From Patescibacteria group bacterium (GTDB taxonomy: Bacteria; Patescibacteriota; Patescibacteriia; UBA10025; JAHIVO01), in the NCBI GenBank assembly GCA_041650915.1, contig JBAZKE010000001.1, forward strand, positions 119,770 through 183,769: a stretch of 64,000 bases of DNA, in the 5' to 3' direction. Below are positions 54,773-62,789 of the stretch, piece after piece; the first letter of the stretch is position 1; every line of letters starts with the position of its first letter. Position numbers and translations under genes: made by a program. Below the pieces are notes generated by a model. That model was not told the DNA's origin. It worked only from the letters and a program-made list of their open reading frames with translations, and did not search any database.

Positions 54773-55648
54773 TTATGCTGCCTTTCGGCGGTAGGTTTTC
54801 AGGAAGTTGCTGAATTCCGCCAGTGCCGGGAAAAACCGCGCGCATTTTTTTGATTTCCACGGGGCGTACGTGAATTTTTTCCCCCACGCGCCGCCTCCGA
54901 AAGCGAGGCAGATGCCGTTTTTATCAGCAAATGCAAAGAGCTTCTTGTAGTATGCGGGCGATTCCTTTGTCGCATACGTCTTTGAGCTGATGATGACCCG
55001 CGGCTTGATTTTTTTCGCGGCCTTGATGAGCTCTTGGATGCTGATGTTTACGCCGAGCGTGTGGGTATTCCATCCGTTGATTTTAAAGACGAGCTCAAGC
55101 AGCTGCAGCGGAAGTTCGTGGTACTCGCCGGGCGCGCAGGTGAGAATAGCCGAGGGTGACCGTTTGGTGACCGTTGACGGCACGTACTGTGAGAGCTTCA
55201 TGAGGTGCGTACGGATCGTGAAGCTCATTCGGTGCTCTTCATACACCGAGATTGTATCATCGGACCAGTCAGCGCTCATCTGCCGCATCGTCGGCGTGAT
55301 CACCTTGCTGAGGATTCCCAGGATCGGGGAGCCCGCGAGGTACTCTTTGTCAATGATTTCAGCTGCCCGGTCTCCCTCATTATTCTTGAGGAGCCGGTAG
55401 TATGCCTTCCAGCAGTGGACGTCCGGACAGTGCTCTTTCTTGAGCAGCCGGCGCAAGACGTATGAATTTTTAGCATACCGCGGGTACTTTTTGATAAAAA
55501 ACTCGAGCTGCTCCCTGGATATTCTGCGGTGGCCTCCGGCGGTGAGGTCTGTTTCGAGGTAGCCGTTATCAGCCCACCGTTTGATCGTGGAGACGTTTAC
55601 CCCGAAGAGCGGGGCGAGCTGCGGTGGCGTAAAATGCACGTTTTGCAT
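54773..55648 (-). CDS. MerR-family regulator with C-terminal cobalamin-binding domain (CarH/LitR-like)
   Basis: N-terminal MerR HTH (FTPPQLAPLFGVNVSTIKRWADNGYL), C-terminal B12-binding Rossmann-like region (ILTCAPGEYHELPLQLLELVFKINGWNTHTLGVNISIQELIKAAKKIKPRVIISS). Confidence 0.55.
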   Translation of the reverse strand: MQNVHFTPPQLAPLFGVNVSTIKRWADNGYLETDLTAGGHRRISREQLEFFIKKYPRYAKNSYVLRRLLKKEHCPDVHCWKAYYRLLKNNEGDRAAEIIDKEYLAGSPILGILSKVITPTMRQMSADWSDDTISVYEEHRMSFTIRTHLMKLSQYVPSTVTKRSPSAILTCAPGEYHELPLQLLELVFKINGWNTHTLGVNISIQELIKAAKKIKPRVIISSKTYATKESPAYYKKLFAFADKNGICLAFGGGAWGKKFTYAPWKSKKCARFFPALAEFSNFLKTYRRKAA

Positions 55649-55757
55649 ACCCCTACTGTACCAGAAATCCGCCCAGAGTCAACCGGTGGCTCCTTGACGA
55701 GATTGTTCAGGCCGTGTACGATGATCCGTACAGTAACCTGTCGGGTGTCTGCCTACT

Positions 55758-56045
55758 ATGAAAATTCAACGGAAAAAAAAGAAGGGAACGGTACCGGGTA
55801 CGAGCAGGAACAAGGCCACTGTGCAAAAGGATATTCTCATCGGAGAACTTTTACATAAGTACCCCGAAGCGGCCTCCGTACTTATGCGCCACGGCTTTCA
55901 CTGTATCGGATGCGCCGTATCGCCGTACGAGTCTCTCGAAGCCGGTGCAGCGGTACACGGCATACCCCTCGAACCGCTCATGAAAGAGCTTAATGCCGTG
56001 CTGGCCGAGCGTAATGGGCCGAGCGGCACGAGTTATCCTCGATAG
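55758..56045 (+). CDS. DUF1858-domain protein (hybrid-cluster-protein-associated redox/disulfide domain)
   Basis: IGELLHKYPEAASVLMRHGFHCIGCAVSPYESLEAGAAVHGIPLEPLMKELN matches DUF1858 CxxC core. Confidence 0.55.
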   Translation: MKIQRKKKKGTVPGTSRNKATVQKDILIGELLHKYPEAASVLMRHGFHCIGCAVSPYESLEAGAAVHGIPLEPLMKELNAVLAERNGPSGTSYPR

Positions 56046-56164
56046 GATCGGGCGTGGATTGATGGGGGTTTGACTGCAGTGATGCAGGTGTCTTTGTTTT
56101 TTCAAAAAAGGTACGCTATACTGTATGTACCGTATGAATGGTTACGCATTGAGGAGCATGGGTT

Positions 56165-57088
56165 ATGCCAATTAAGTTTAACAAAATTTACAACCTCAGG
56201 TGGGTCCACATTACCGATATCACTGACGAAGATATCGAGTACCTTGAGGAGAATTTCAAATTTCACCCCCTCGATATCAAGGACTGCCGGGAAGGAGTGC
56301 AGCGGCCAAAGCTCGACATCTATTCCGGGTATCTGTTTATGATTTACCATTTTCCGATCTATGATGAGCGGACGCGCCGCGTGCACGTTTCATCGCTGAA
56401 TGTTTTCCTCGGCATAGACTACCTTATCACGCTCACGACCGAGCCGGATAAATCGCTCAATGACTATTTCGCGCGCATGCAGAAGAAGGTGAAGCGCGGT
56501 TTCAAATTTGATGAGCTAAAAAATAATCCCGCATACCTCCTCTATAAGATTATCGACATGCGCTACCGCCAGAGCTTTTCGGTCATTAACGTTGTTGCCG
56601 AGCAGCTGTCTGTGGTCGAGGAGGAAGTGTACTCGAGCAGGAATAAAGCCGCCACGACGAATCTCGCGATCATCAGGAGGAATATCCTCAATCTCCGCCG
56701 GTTGCTCGAACCGCAGATTAAAATGATTGACCGCCTCGTCCATCTTAAAGGGCAGCTGATCCCCGACAGGCTCTCTGTGTACTATGATGATGTGCATGAC
56801 TACATCGAGAATACCTGGGCAGCGTTCGAAGGCTACCGCGATACGGTCGATGGCTTGTACTCGACGAACGAGTCGATGATCAACCAGAAGACGAACGAGG
56901 TCATCAAGACACTGACGCTCATTTCAGTTGCACTGCTGCCGATGACGCTCGTTGCGAGCATCTACGGCATGAACGTCGAGGGGCTTCCGTTCGCAGACCA
57001 TCCGATCGGTCTCTGGGTAGTCTTCGTGCTCATGGGTTGTATCGTACTCACGAGCATTTATTTTGCCCGTCGGAATAACATGATTTAA
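56165..57088 (+). CDS. corA: CorA-family Mg2+/Co2+ transporter
   Basis: YGMNVEG (GMN motif) before two C-terminal TM helices; CorA cytoplasmic domain. Confidence 0.85.
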   Translation: MPIKFNKIYNLRWVHITDITDEDIEYLEENFKFHPLDIKDCREGVQRPKLDIYSGYLFMIYHFPIYDERTRRVHVSSLNVFLGIDYLITLTTEPDKSLNDYFARMQKKVKRGFKFDELKNNPAYLLYKIIDMRYRQSFSVINVVAEQLSVVEEEVYSSRNKAATTNLAIIRRNILNLRRLLEPQIKMIDRLVHLKGQLIPDRLSVYYDDVHDYIENTWAAFEGYRDTVDGLYSTNESMINQKTNEVIKTLTLISVALLPMTLVASIYGMNVEGLPFADHPIGLWVVFVLMGCIVLTSIYFARRNNMI

Positions 57089-57110
57089 TACATAAGACAG
57101 GCTGGCGGCT

Positions 57111-58640
57111 ATGCCATTTTTTTTACGCGCACGCAAGCTCGACTTCGCATCCGGCGGACAGCCGTGGGTTGTCGTGCTTCAGCAGGAAGAGGCGAAGACC
57201 TTCGGAATTGTCATGGGTGACCTCATTGAGATCCGCTGGAAACACAACCGTGCAACGGCGGTTGCGTACTACACCCGCAGCAAGGTTCAGAAGGGCGAGA
57301 TCGGTTTTTTTCGGGAAATTTGGAAGTACCGTTCAGTCAAGCTCAACGAACCCGTTTCGTTGCGTGTTTTGTCGCGCCCGCACTCTATCGAGGCAATCCG
57401 GAAGAAGCTTTTGGGCGGTGAGCTCTCGTACGATGAGATGCATTCGATCATCGACGATATCGTGCACCACAAGCTTTCAAAAGTAGAGACGACATACTTC
57501 GTCGCGTCGAGCTTCATTAAACCGTTCACCAACGAGGAGCTGTACTACATGACGAAGGCAATGGCTGAGACCGGGGAGGTGCTTAAGCTGCCGTCAAAGA
57601 TTATTGCCGATAAGCACTCAATCGGCGGCGTTGCCGGCAACAGGACAACAATGGTAGTCATCCCGATTGTTGCTTCCTATGGCGTCGTCATACCGAAAAC
57701 TTCGTCGAGGGCCATTACCTCTCCTGCCGGCACGGCTGATACGATGGAGGTACTCGCGCCGGTTTCAATCCCCTTCAATAAGGTGCAGCAGATTATTAAG
57801 AAAATTCAGTGTTGCTTGATATGGGGCGGCAGTTTTCGCCTGGCTCCGGCTGATGACTATATCATTCGCGTACAGCACTCGCTCCGGCTCGAGCCGCTCG
57901 ATAAGATGGTCGTCAGCATCATGGCCAAGAAGGTTGCGATGGGCGTTACCCACCTCGTCGTTGACTTGCCGTACGGTCCGCATGTCAAGGTGACAACAAA
58001 GGAACAGGCAATCGGTGTCAAGAAGGACTTTGAGTACGTAGCAAAGCGTTTTGGGATCAAGATTAATGTCGTACTGACTGAAACGATGGAGCCGGTAGGC
58101 CGTGGCATCGGCCCTGCGCTCGAGGCGCGCGATGTGCTGCGGGTGCTGCAACAGAAGGACTACCGGCCGTCAGATCTGCAGAAGAAAAGCGTCCGATTGG
58201 CCGGTAAACTGCTCGAGCTGACCGGAAAGGCAAAACCAGGCCAGGGTCACATGCTCGCGGCGGAAGCGCTCTCGTCAGGCAAAGCATGGAAGAAAATGCA
58301 GCAAATCATTAAAGAACAGGGAGGAAATCCGAATGTGGATTCAGAAGATGTGACTATGGCAGCATCGCGGTGCCGCCAGCACGCCGCCTTCAGCGGTATC
58401 GTTGTCGATGTTGATGATGAGATGATTGATCAGGTTGCGAGAATCCTCGGCGCCCCGCATGAGAAACTCGCCGGCATCTATATCAATAAGCACCTCGGCC
58501 AGACAGTGCGGAAAGGAGAGCGCCTGTTTACCCTGTATGGCCAGAGCGATGACCGCATCAGCCTGGCGCTCGAGGCGCTCAAGAAACGGAGAATTTTTGA
58601 GATCGAGCGGCATAATATCACTGAGGGAGTAAGCGGTTAA
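57111..58640 (+). CDS. AMP phosphorylase-like (thymidine/pyrimidine-nucleoside phosphorylase family with N-terminal extension)
   Basis: KHSIGGVAGNRTTM and TSSRAITSPAGTADTMEVL glycosyl-transferase family 3 motifs; 509 aa with extra N-terminal ~80-aa domain as in archaeal-type AMP phosphorylase. Confidence 0.75.
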   Translation: MPFFLRARKLDFASGGQPWVVVLQQEEAKTFGIVMGDLIEIRWKHNRATAVAYYTRSKVQKGEIGFFREIWKYRSVKLNEPVSLRVLSRPHSIEAIRKKLLGGELSYDEMHSIIDDIVHHKLSKVETTYFVASSFIKPFTNEELYYMTKAMAETGEVLKLPSKIIADKHSIGGVAGNRTTMVVIPIVASYGVVIPKTSSRAITSPAGTADTMEVLAPVSIPFNKVQQIIKKIQCCLIWGGSFRLAPADDYIIRVQHSLRLEPLDKMVVSIMAKKVAMGVTHLVVDLPYGPHVKVTTKEQAIGVKKDFEYVAKRFGIKINVVLTETMEPVGRGIGPALEARDVLRVLQQKDYRPSDLQKKSVRLAGKLLELTGKAKPGQGHMLAAEALSSGKAWKKMQQIIKEQGGNPNVDSEDVTMAASRCRQHAAFSGIVVDVDDEMIDQVARILGAPHEKLAGIYINKHLGQTVRKGERLFTLYGQSDDRISLALEALKKRRIFEIERHNITEGVSG

Positions 58641-58867
58641 TGTTTTTGAAATGAAAGGTCAGGCAGCGCGCTGCCCTTCAGCGAGCGTATAAAATGGGCA
58701 GGGTGTTTTTTCTTGCCCATCGCTGCACAGGCAGAATCCAGAGTTGAGCGCTTGAGGGGGCATTACGTTTTTTTAACAACGACGCTTAGATCCCATATTC
58801 TCTCAGTTTAATGGATGAACGGATTCGTTCGAGTTGAAAAAACTGCCGGTACGTATAGAATAACAGC

Positions 58868-59248
58868 ATGAAGCTCGAACAGTTTGAACAGTATGTCCGC
58901 GAAGCGATCGCGGAAGTGCCCGTTGCGGTTCGCGGACAAATGAGTAATGTCGCGTTCGTGGTAGAAAATTCGGTTCGCGCAGCCCGGCAAACAGAGCGGC
59001 AAATCAGGTCGCGCGGCTTGCTCCTTGGGCTGTATGAGGGAGTGCCGTTGCCTGGGCGGAGTGCGTACTATTCGGGCGTTCTGCCAGATAAAATTACGCT
59101 TTTCAAGCGCTCGATCGAGCAAATCGCCGGTTCGGATCCGTCTTCGGTCCGGCAGCTTATACGCGAGGTCGTACATCATGAGATCGGACACTACCTCGGG
59201 ATGAATGAGCGGGAGGTGCGTGCGTGGGAGCGAAGGCGGAGGCGGTGA
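58868..59248 (+). CDS. Zincin-like metallopeptidase-family protein (HExxH; DUF1025/Zincin_1-like)
   Basis: VVHHEIGHYLGMNEREV with preceding DP..V pattern. Confidence 0.55.
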   Translation: MKLEQFEQYVREAIAEVPVAVRGQMSNVAFVVENSVRAARQTERQIRSRGLLLGLYEGVPLPGRSAYYSGVLPDKITLFKRSIEQIAGSDPSSVRQLIREVVHHEIGHYLGMNEREVRAWERRRRR

Positions 59249-59313
59249 ATTGACATCATAATGAACAGGGGGTATAATACTTATTGATAATTATTCTCAA
59301 TAAGTTTTTTGCA

Positions 59314-59877
59314 ATGCCCCGGCAGAAGGCCCCAGCGACGAAGAAAAGCGATTGGCGCTTGACCAAACAGCGCCTCGTTATCTTGGATTACGTGCGGCGG
59401 GATCATTCGCACCCTACTGCAGAAGCGATTTTTTCCGGCGTCAAGAAGGTGCTCCCTCGGATCAGCATCGGCACCGTATACCGGAACTTGGGCTTTCTGC
59501 GTGAACACGGCTACCTGAAGGAGTTTGCCATCGATAAGGTTACTCGATTTGAGGGCAGGGTCGACAGTCACGTGCACTTTGTGTGCGAGCAGTGCCATGG
59601 GATTGAAGACCTCCGGGGCAGTACGGATGCCAGGCTCATGCGGGAGATGAAAAAGCTCGCCCGGAGTAACCATTTTATGGTTCGGTCGGAGAACTACGAG
59701 ATTCGGGGCGTGTGCAGAAAGTGCCAGCGTACGCATTCGCCGCAAGAGCTCACCCCCGAACTTTTCTGCATGGCATGCGGCGACCTGCTCGAAGATTTAA
59801 AAAAAGACACGCCTGTATGTAAAGCGTGCAGTTTCAGTGCTAACTGCGATTACTATGCCTCTGCAAAATCGCGATAG
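59314..59877 (+). CDS. Fur-family transcriptional regulator (Fur/Zur/PerR-like) with Cys-rich C-terminal extension
   Basis: LTKQRLVILDYVRRDHSHPTAEAIF...RISIGTVYRNLGFLREHGYL winged helix; HFVCEQCH metal site; extra tail with CRKC, CMAC, CKAC, C. Confidence 0.75.
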   Translation: MPRQKAPATKKSDWRLTKQRLVILDYVRRDHSHPTAEAIFSGVKKVLPRISIGTVYRNLGFLREHGYLKEFAIDKVTRFEGRVDSHVHFVCEQCHGIEDLRGSTDARLMREMKKLARSNHFMVRSENYEIRGVCRKCQRTHSPQELTPELFCMACGDLLEDLKKDTPVCKACSFSANCDYYASAKSR

Positions 59878-59995
59878 GTATTACGGCGACCATACGCAGG
59901 ACTGCCCGGTCTGCGGTGCGATGATGTGCTCGCTCAGCGGCGGCAAGTCGTCGGTATGCGAAAACTGCGGGTATAAGGAGAGCTGCTGCTACTGA
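59855..59995 (+). CDS. Putative Cys-rich micro-protein (46 aa, 7 Cys) in +1 frame overlapping Fur-gene 3' end
   Basis: MPLQNRDRYYGDHTQDCPVCGAMMCSLSGGKSSVCENCGYKESCCY; ends 6 nt before sufC ATG; no SD; could reflect a frameshifted continuation of the Cys-rich Fur tail. Confidence 0.25.
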   Translation: MPLQNRDRYYGDHTQDCPVCGAMMCSLSGGKSSVCENCGYKESCCY

Positions 59996-60001
59996 CGCCG
60001 T

Positions 60002-60748
60002 ATGGAGAACCTTGCCGTTAAAAAGCTCCATGTCGTTGCAGGGGGCAGGAAGATCCTCAAAGGCCTCAGCCTCTCCGTGAAGCCCGGAGAGATCCATGCG
60101 CTTATGGGCCCGAACGGTTCGGGCAAATCAACGCTCGCATCCGCTATTATGGGCCATCCCGGATACCGTGTGACGAACGGATCAATCTGGCTGAAAGGGA
60201 AGCGCATCACGGCGAAAAAACCAGATGAGCGGGCTCGGCTCGGCCTCTTTCTGTCGTTTCAGTATCCCGTTGAAGTGCCCGGCTTGTCGATCGAACATTT
60301 CTTGAGGTCAGCGTACCGTGCGGTCCATCCGGACAGGGCAATGCCGCCTCTCGAATTCAGAAAACACTTTGAACACAAGCTCAAGCTCCTCGGTATTAGG
60401 CGGAAATTAACCGACCGTTCGCTCAACGAGGGATTTTCTGGTGGAGAAAAGAAAAAAATGGAAATACTCCAGCTCGCCGTACTGGAGCCCACCGTCGCGA
60501 TACTCGATGAAACTGATTCGGGGCTCGACATCGATGCACTGCGGGCAGTCACGCAGGGCATCAACAGGGTGATGAATCCGCAGATGAGCATCCTCGTGAT
60601 CACCCACTACTGCCGGATACTGAAGTACCTTAAGCCGGACCACGTGCACGTCGTACGTGACGGCAAGCTCGTGCGGTCAGGTGCCCGCTCGCTTGCAACG
60701 CAGATCGAGAGGCGGGGGTACGATTGGCTTTGGAAGAAGGGCATATGA
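60002..60748 (+). CDS. sufC: Fe-S cluster assembly ATPase SufC
   Basis: Walker A GPNGSGKSTL, ABC signature FSGGEKKK, Walker B/D-loop ILDETDSGLD, H-loop ITHY. Confidence 0.92.
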   Translation: MENLAVKKLHVVAGGRKILKGLSLSVKPGEIHALMGPNGSGKSTLASAIMGHPGYRVTNGSIWLKGKRITAKKPDERARLGLFLSFQYPVEVPGLSIEHFLRSAYRAVHPDRAMPPLEFRKHFEHKLKLLGIRRKLTDRSLNEGFSGGEKKKMEILQLAVLEPTVAILDETDSGLDIDALRAVTQGINRVMNPQMSILVITHYCRILKYLKPDHVHVVRDGKLVRSGARSLATQIERRGYDWLWKKGI

Positions 60749-62145
60749 GGAAAACGCTTCCCAGTATCGGCACTGAAGCGGCGGCCGAGCGGCCCGACGA
60801 GGTCGCGTATTCGTACTCGAGCGGAAAGGGGCTGTCAGAAAAGATCGTCGAAGAGATTTCACACGTTAAATCCGAGCCTGACTGGATGCGCCGCAAACGC
60901 CTGCACGGGTACCGCACCTTCATGAGAAAGCCGATGCAGCGGTGGGGGCCGGATGTATCACCCATTGATTTCGGCGAACTATACTACTACCTCAAGCCAA
61001 CAGAACGCGTCGCAGAGAGTTGGAATGACGTGCCGCCAGCGATAAAGTCAACATACGATCGCCTCGGCATCCCCGCAGCGGAGCGGAAGCATCTCACCGG
61101 AGTAATGGCACAGTATGAGTCAGAGGCGGTATACCATTCCATACAGGAGAAGATGGAAAAAATCGGGGTGATCTTTACCGATATGGATACGGGTCTCAGG
61201 AAACACCCGGAACTCATTGAACGGTACTTCGGTACGGTCGTTCCCGCCGGCGACAATAAATTTTCGGCACTCAATACGGCGGTGTGGTCAGGCGGCAGCC
61301 TCGTGTACATTCCCGAGGGAGTGTCGGTTGATTTTCCGCTGCAGTCCTACTTCAGGATCAATGCAGAACGGGCAGGGCAATTCGAACGCACGCTCATCAT
61401 TGCAGAACCCGGCAGCTTCGTGCACTATATGGAAGGCTGTACGGCTCCCGTGTACTCCTCGGCTTCCCTCCACTCAGCGGTCGTGGAAATCATCGTCAAG
61501 CCCGGTGCGCGCGTCCGGTATACGACCGTGCAGAACTGGTCCCGTAACGTGTATAACCTCGTCACCAAGCGTTCATTCGTGTATGAGGAGGGGACCGTCG
61601 AGTGGGTCGATGGGAACCTCGGCAGCCGGGTGACCATGAAGTACCCGTCCGTCTACCTGCTCGGCAGGAAGGCGCGCGGTGACCTGCTCTCGATCGCGCT
61701 CGCCGGCCGGGGCCAGCACCAGGATGCCGGCGCCAAGGCGATTCACGGCGCCCCCGAAACATCTTCAAATATCATTTCCAAGTCGATTTCAAAGGAGGGG
61801 GGGCGGACATCGTACCGAGGCCTCGTTCGGGTTGCACGGGGGATGGAGGGCGTGCGTTCGAACGTTGTCTGCGATGCGCTTTTGCTCGATGAGCATTCGC
61901 GGTCGGACACGTACCCGAGGATGGAGATACGTGAGCCGCGCTCGCGCATCGGCCATGAAGCGTCCGTCGGCCGCATCGGCGAGGACCAGCTCTTCTACCT
62001 CATGAGCCGCGGGCTTACTGAGGCGCAGGCAATGAGCATGATCGTATCGGGCTTTATTGAGCCGATCGTGAAGGAGCTTCCGCTCGAATACGCAGCGGAG
62101 CTCGACCGCCTCATTGAACTCGAGATGGAAGGATCAGTAGGATAA
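60745..62145 (+). CDS. sufB: Fe-S cluster assembly scaffold SufB
   Basis: SufB/D beta-helix core; ATGA-type overlap with sufC; 466 aa. Confidence 0.9.
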   Translation: MRKTLPSIGTEAAAERPDEVAYSYSSGKGLSEKIVEEISHVKSEPDWMRRKRLHGYRTFMRKPMQRWGPDVSPIDFGELYYYLKPTERVAESWNDVPPAIKSTYDRLGIPAAERKHLTGVMAQYESEAVYHSIQEKMEKIGVIFTDMDTGLRKHPELIERYFGTVVPAGDNKFSALNTAVWSGGSLVYIPEGVSVDFPLQSYFRINAERAGQFERTLIIAEPGSFVHYMEGCTAPVYSSASLHSAVVEIIVKPGARVRYTTVQNWSRNVYNLVTKRSFVYEEGTVEWVDGNLGSRVTMKYPSVYLLGRKARGDLLSIALAGRGQHQDAGAKAIHGAPETSSNIISKSISKEGGRTSYRGLVRVARGMEGVRSNVVCDALLLDEHSRSDTYPRMEIREPRSRIGHEASVGRIGEDQLFYLMSRGLTEAQAMSMIVSGFIEPIVKELPLEYAAELDRLIELEMEGSVG

Positions 62146-62155
62146 GGCGCACATT

Positions 62156-62776
62156 ATGCCACTCGCTCAAATGGATATAAAGGTAAGCGGCTCGGCAGCC
62201 ATTTCCAGACCTACGCGCTGTGTCATCCGGGCAGGCGTGCATGCCACCGTTGATCTGGCGGGTACGCAGACCGCTTTGTTTATCCTGGAGCGGGAGAGCT
62301 TGTTGCAGCTCGTGAATGTGGTACGGAACCACGGCACCATTGAGCAGGTTGTCGGGATTGAACTCTGCGGAACGGGCGCCCGGGCCGAGGTGCTCGCGGG
62401 ATTTCACGGAAAGGGGAGAGCCCGGCACTCGTTTGATATAACCATGCACCATCGGGCGCCAAAAACAAAAGGTGGTATACTGATACATGGGGTATTCGAA
62501 GGGCGGTCGGCGGGAGCGTTCACTGGAATGATTAAGATAGATCCGGGAGCGCAGCAGGCACAGTCGCACTTCACCGACAATGTGCTCCTGCTTGATGGAG
62601 CCACGGCGACATCAGTGCCGAAACTCGAGATTTTAGCTGATGACGTGCGCGCTTCACACGCTTCGACGACGAGCGGAATTGACGAGCGGCAGCTCTTCTA
62701 TCTGATGTCACGGGGAATCGCCGATGCCGAAGCGAGGAGCATGATCGTGGAAAGTTTTTTACATCCGGTCATCTGA
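62156..62776 (+). CDS. sufD: SufD-like protein (short SufBD-domain protein)
   Basis: SufBD C-terminal beta-helix pattern with ...DERQLFYLMSRGI...ARSMIV, paralogous to SufB C-terminus; only 206 aa. Confidence 0.7.
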   Translation: MPLAQMDIKVSGSAAISRPTRCVIRAGVHATVDLAGTQTALFILERESLLQLVNVVRNHGTIEQVVGIELCGTGARAEVLAGFHGKGRARHSFDITMHHRAPKTKGGILIHGVFEGRSAGAFTGMIKIDPGAQQAQSHFTDNVLLLDGATATSVPKLEILADDVRASHASTTSGIDERQLFYLMSRGIADAEARSMIVESFLHPVI

Positions 62777-62789
62777 TAGAGCAGCAACT

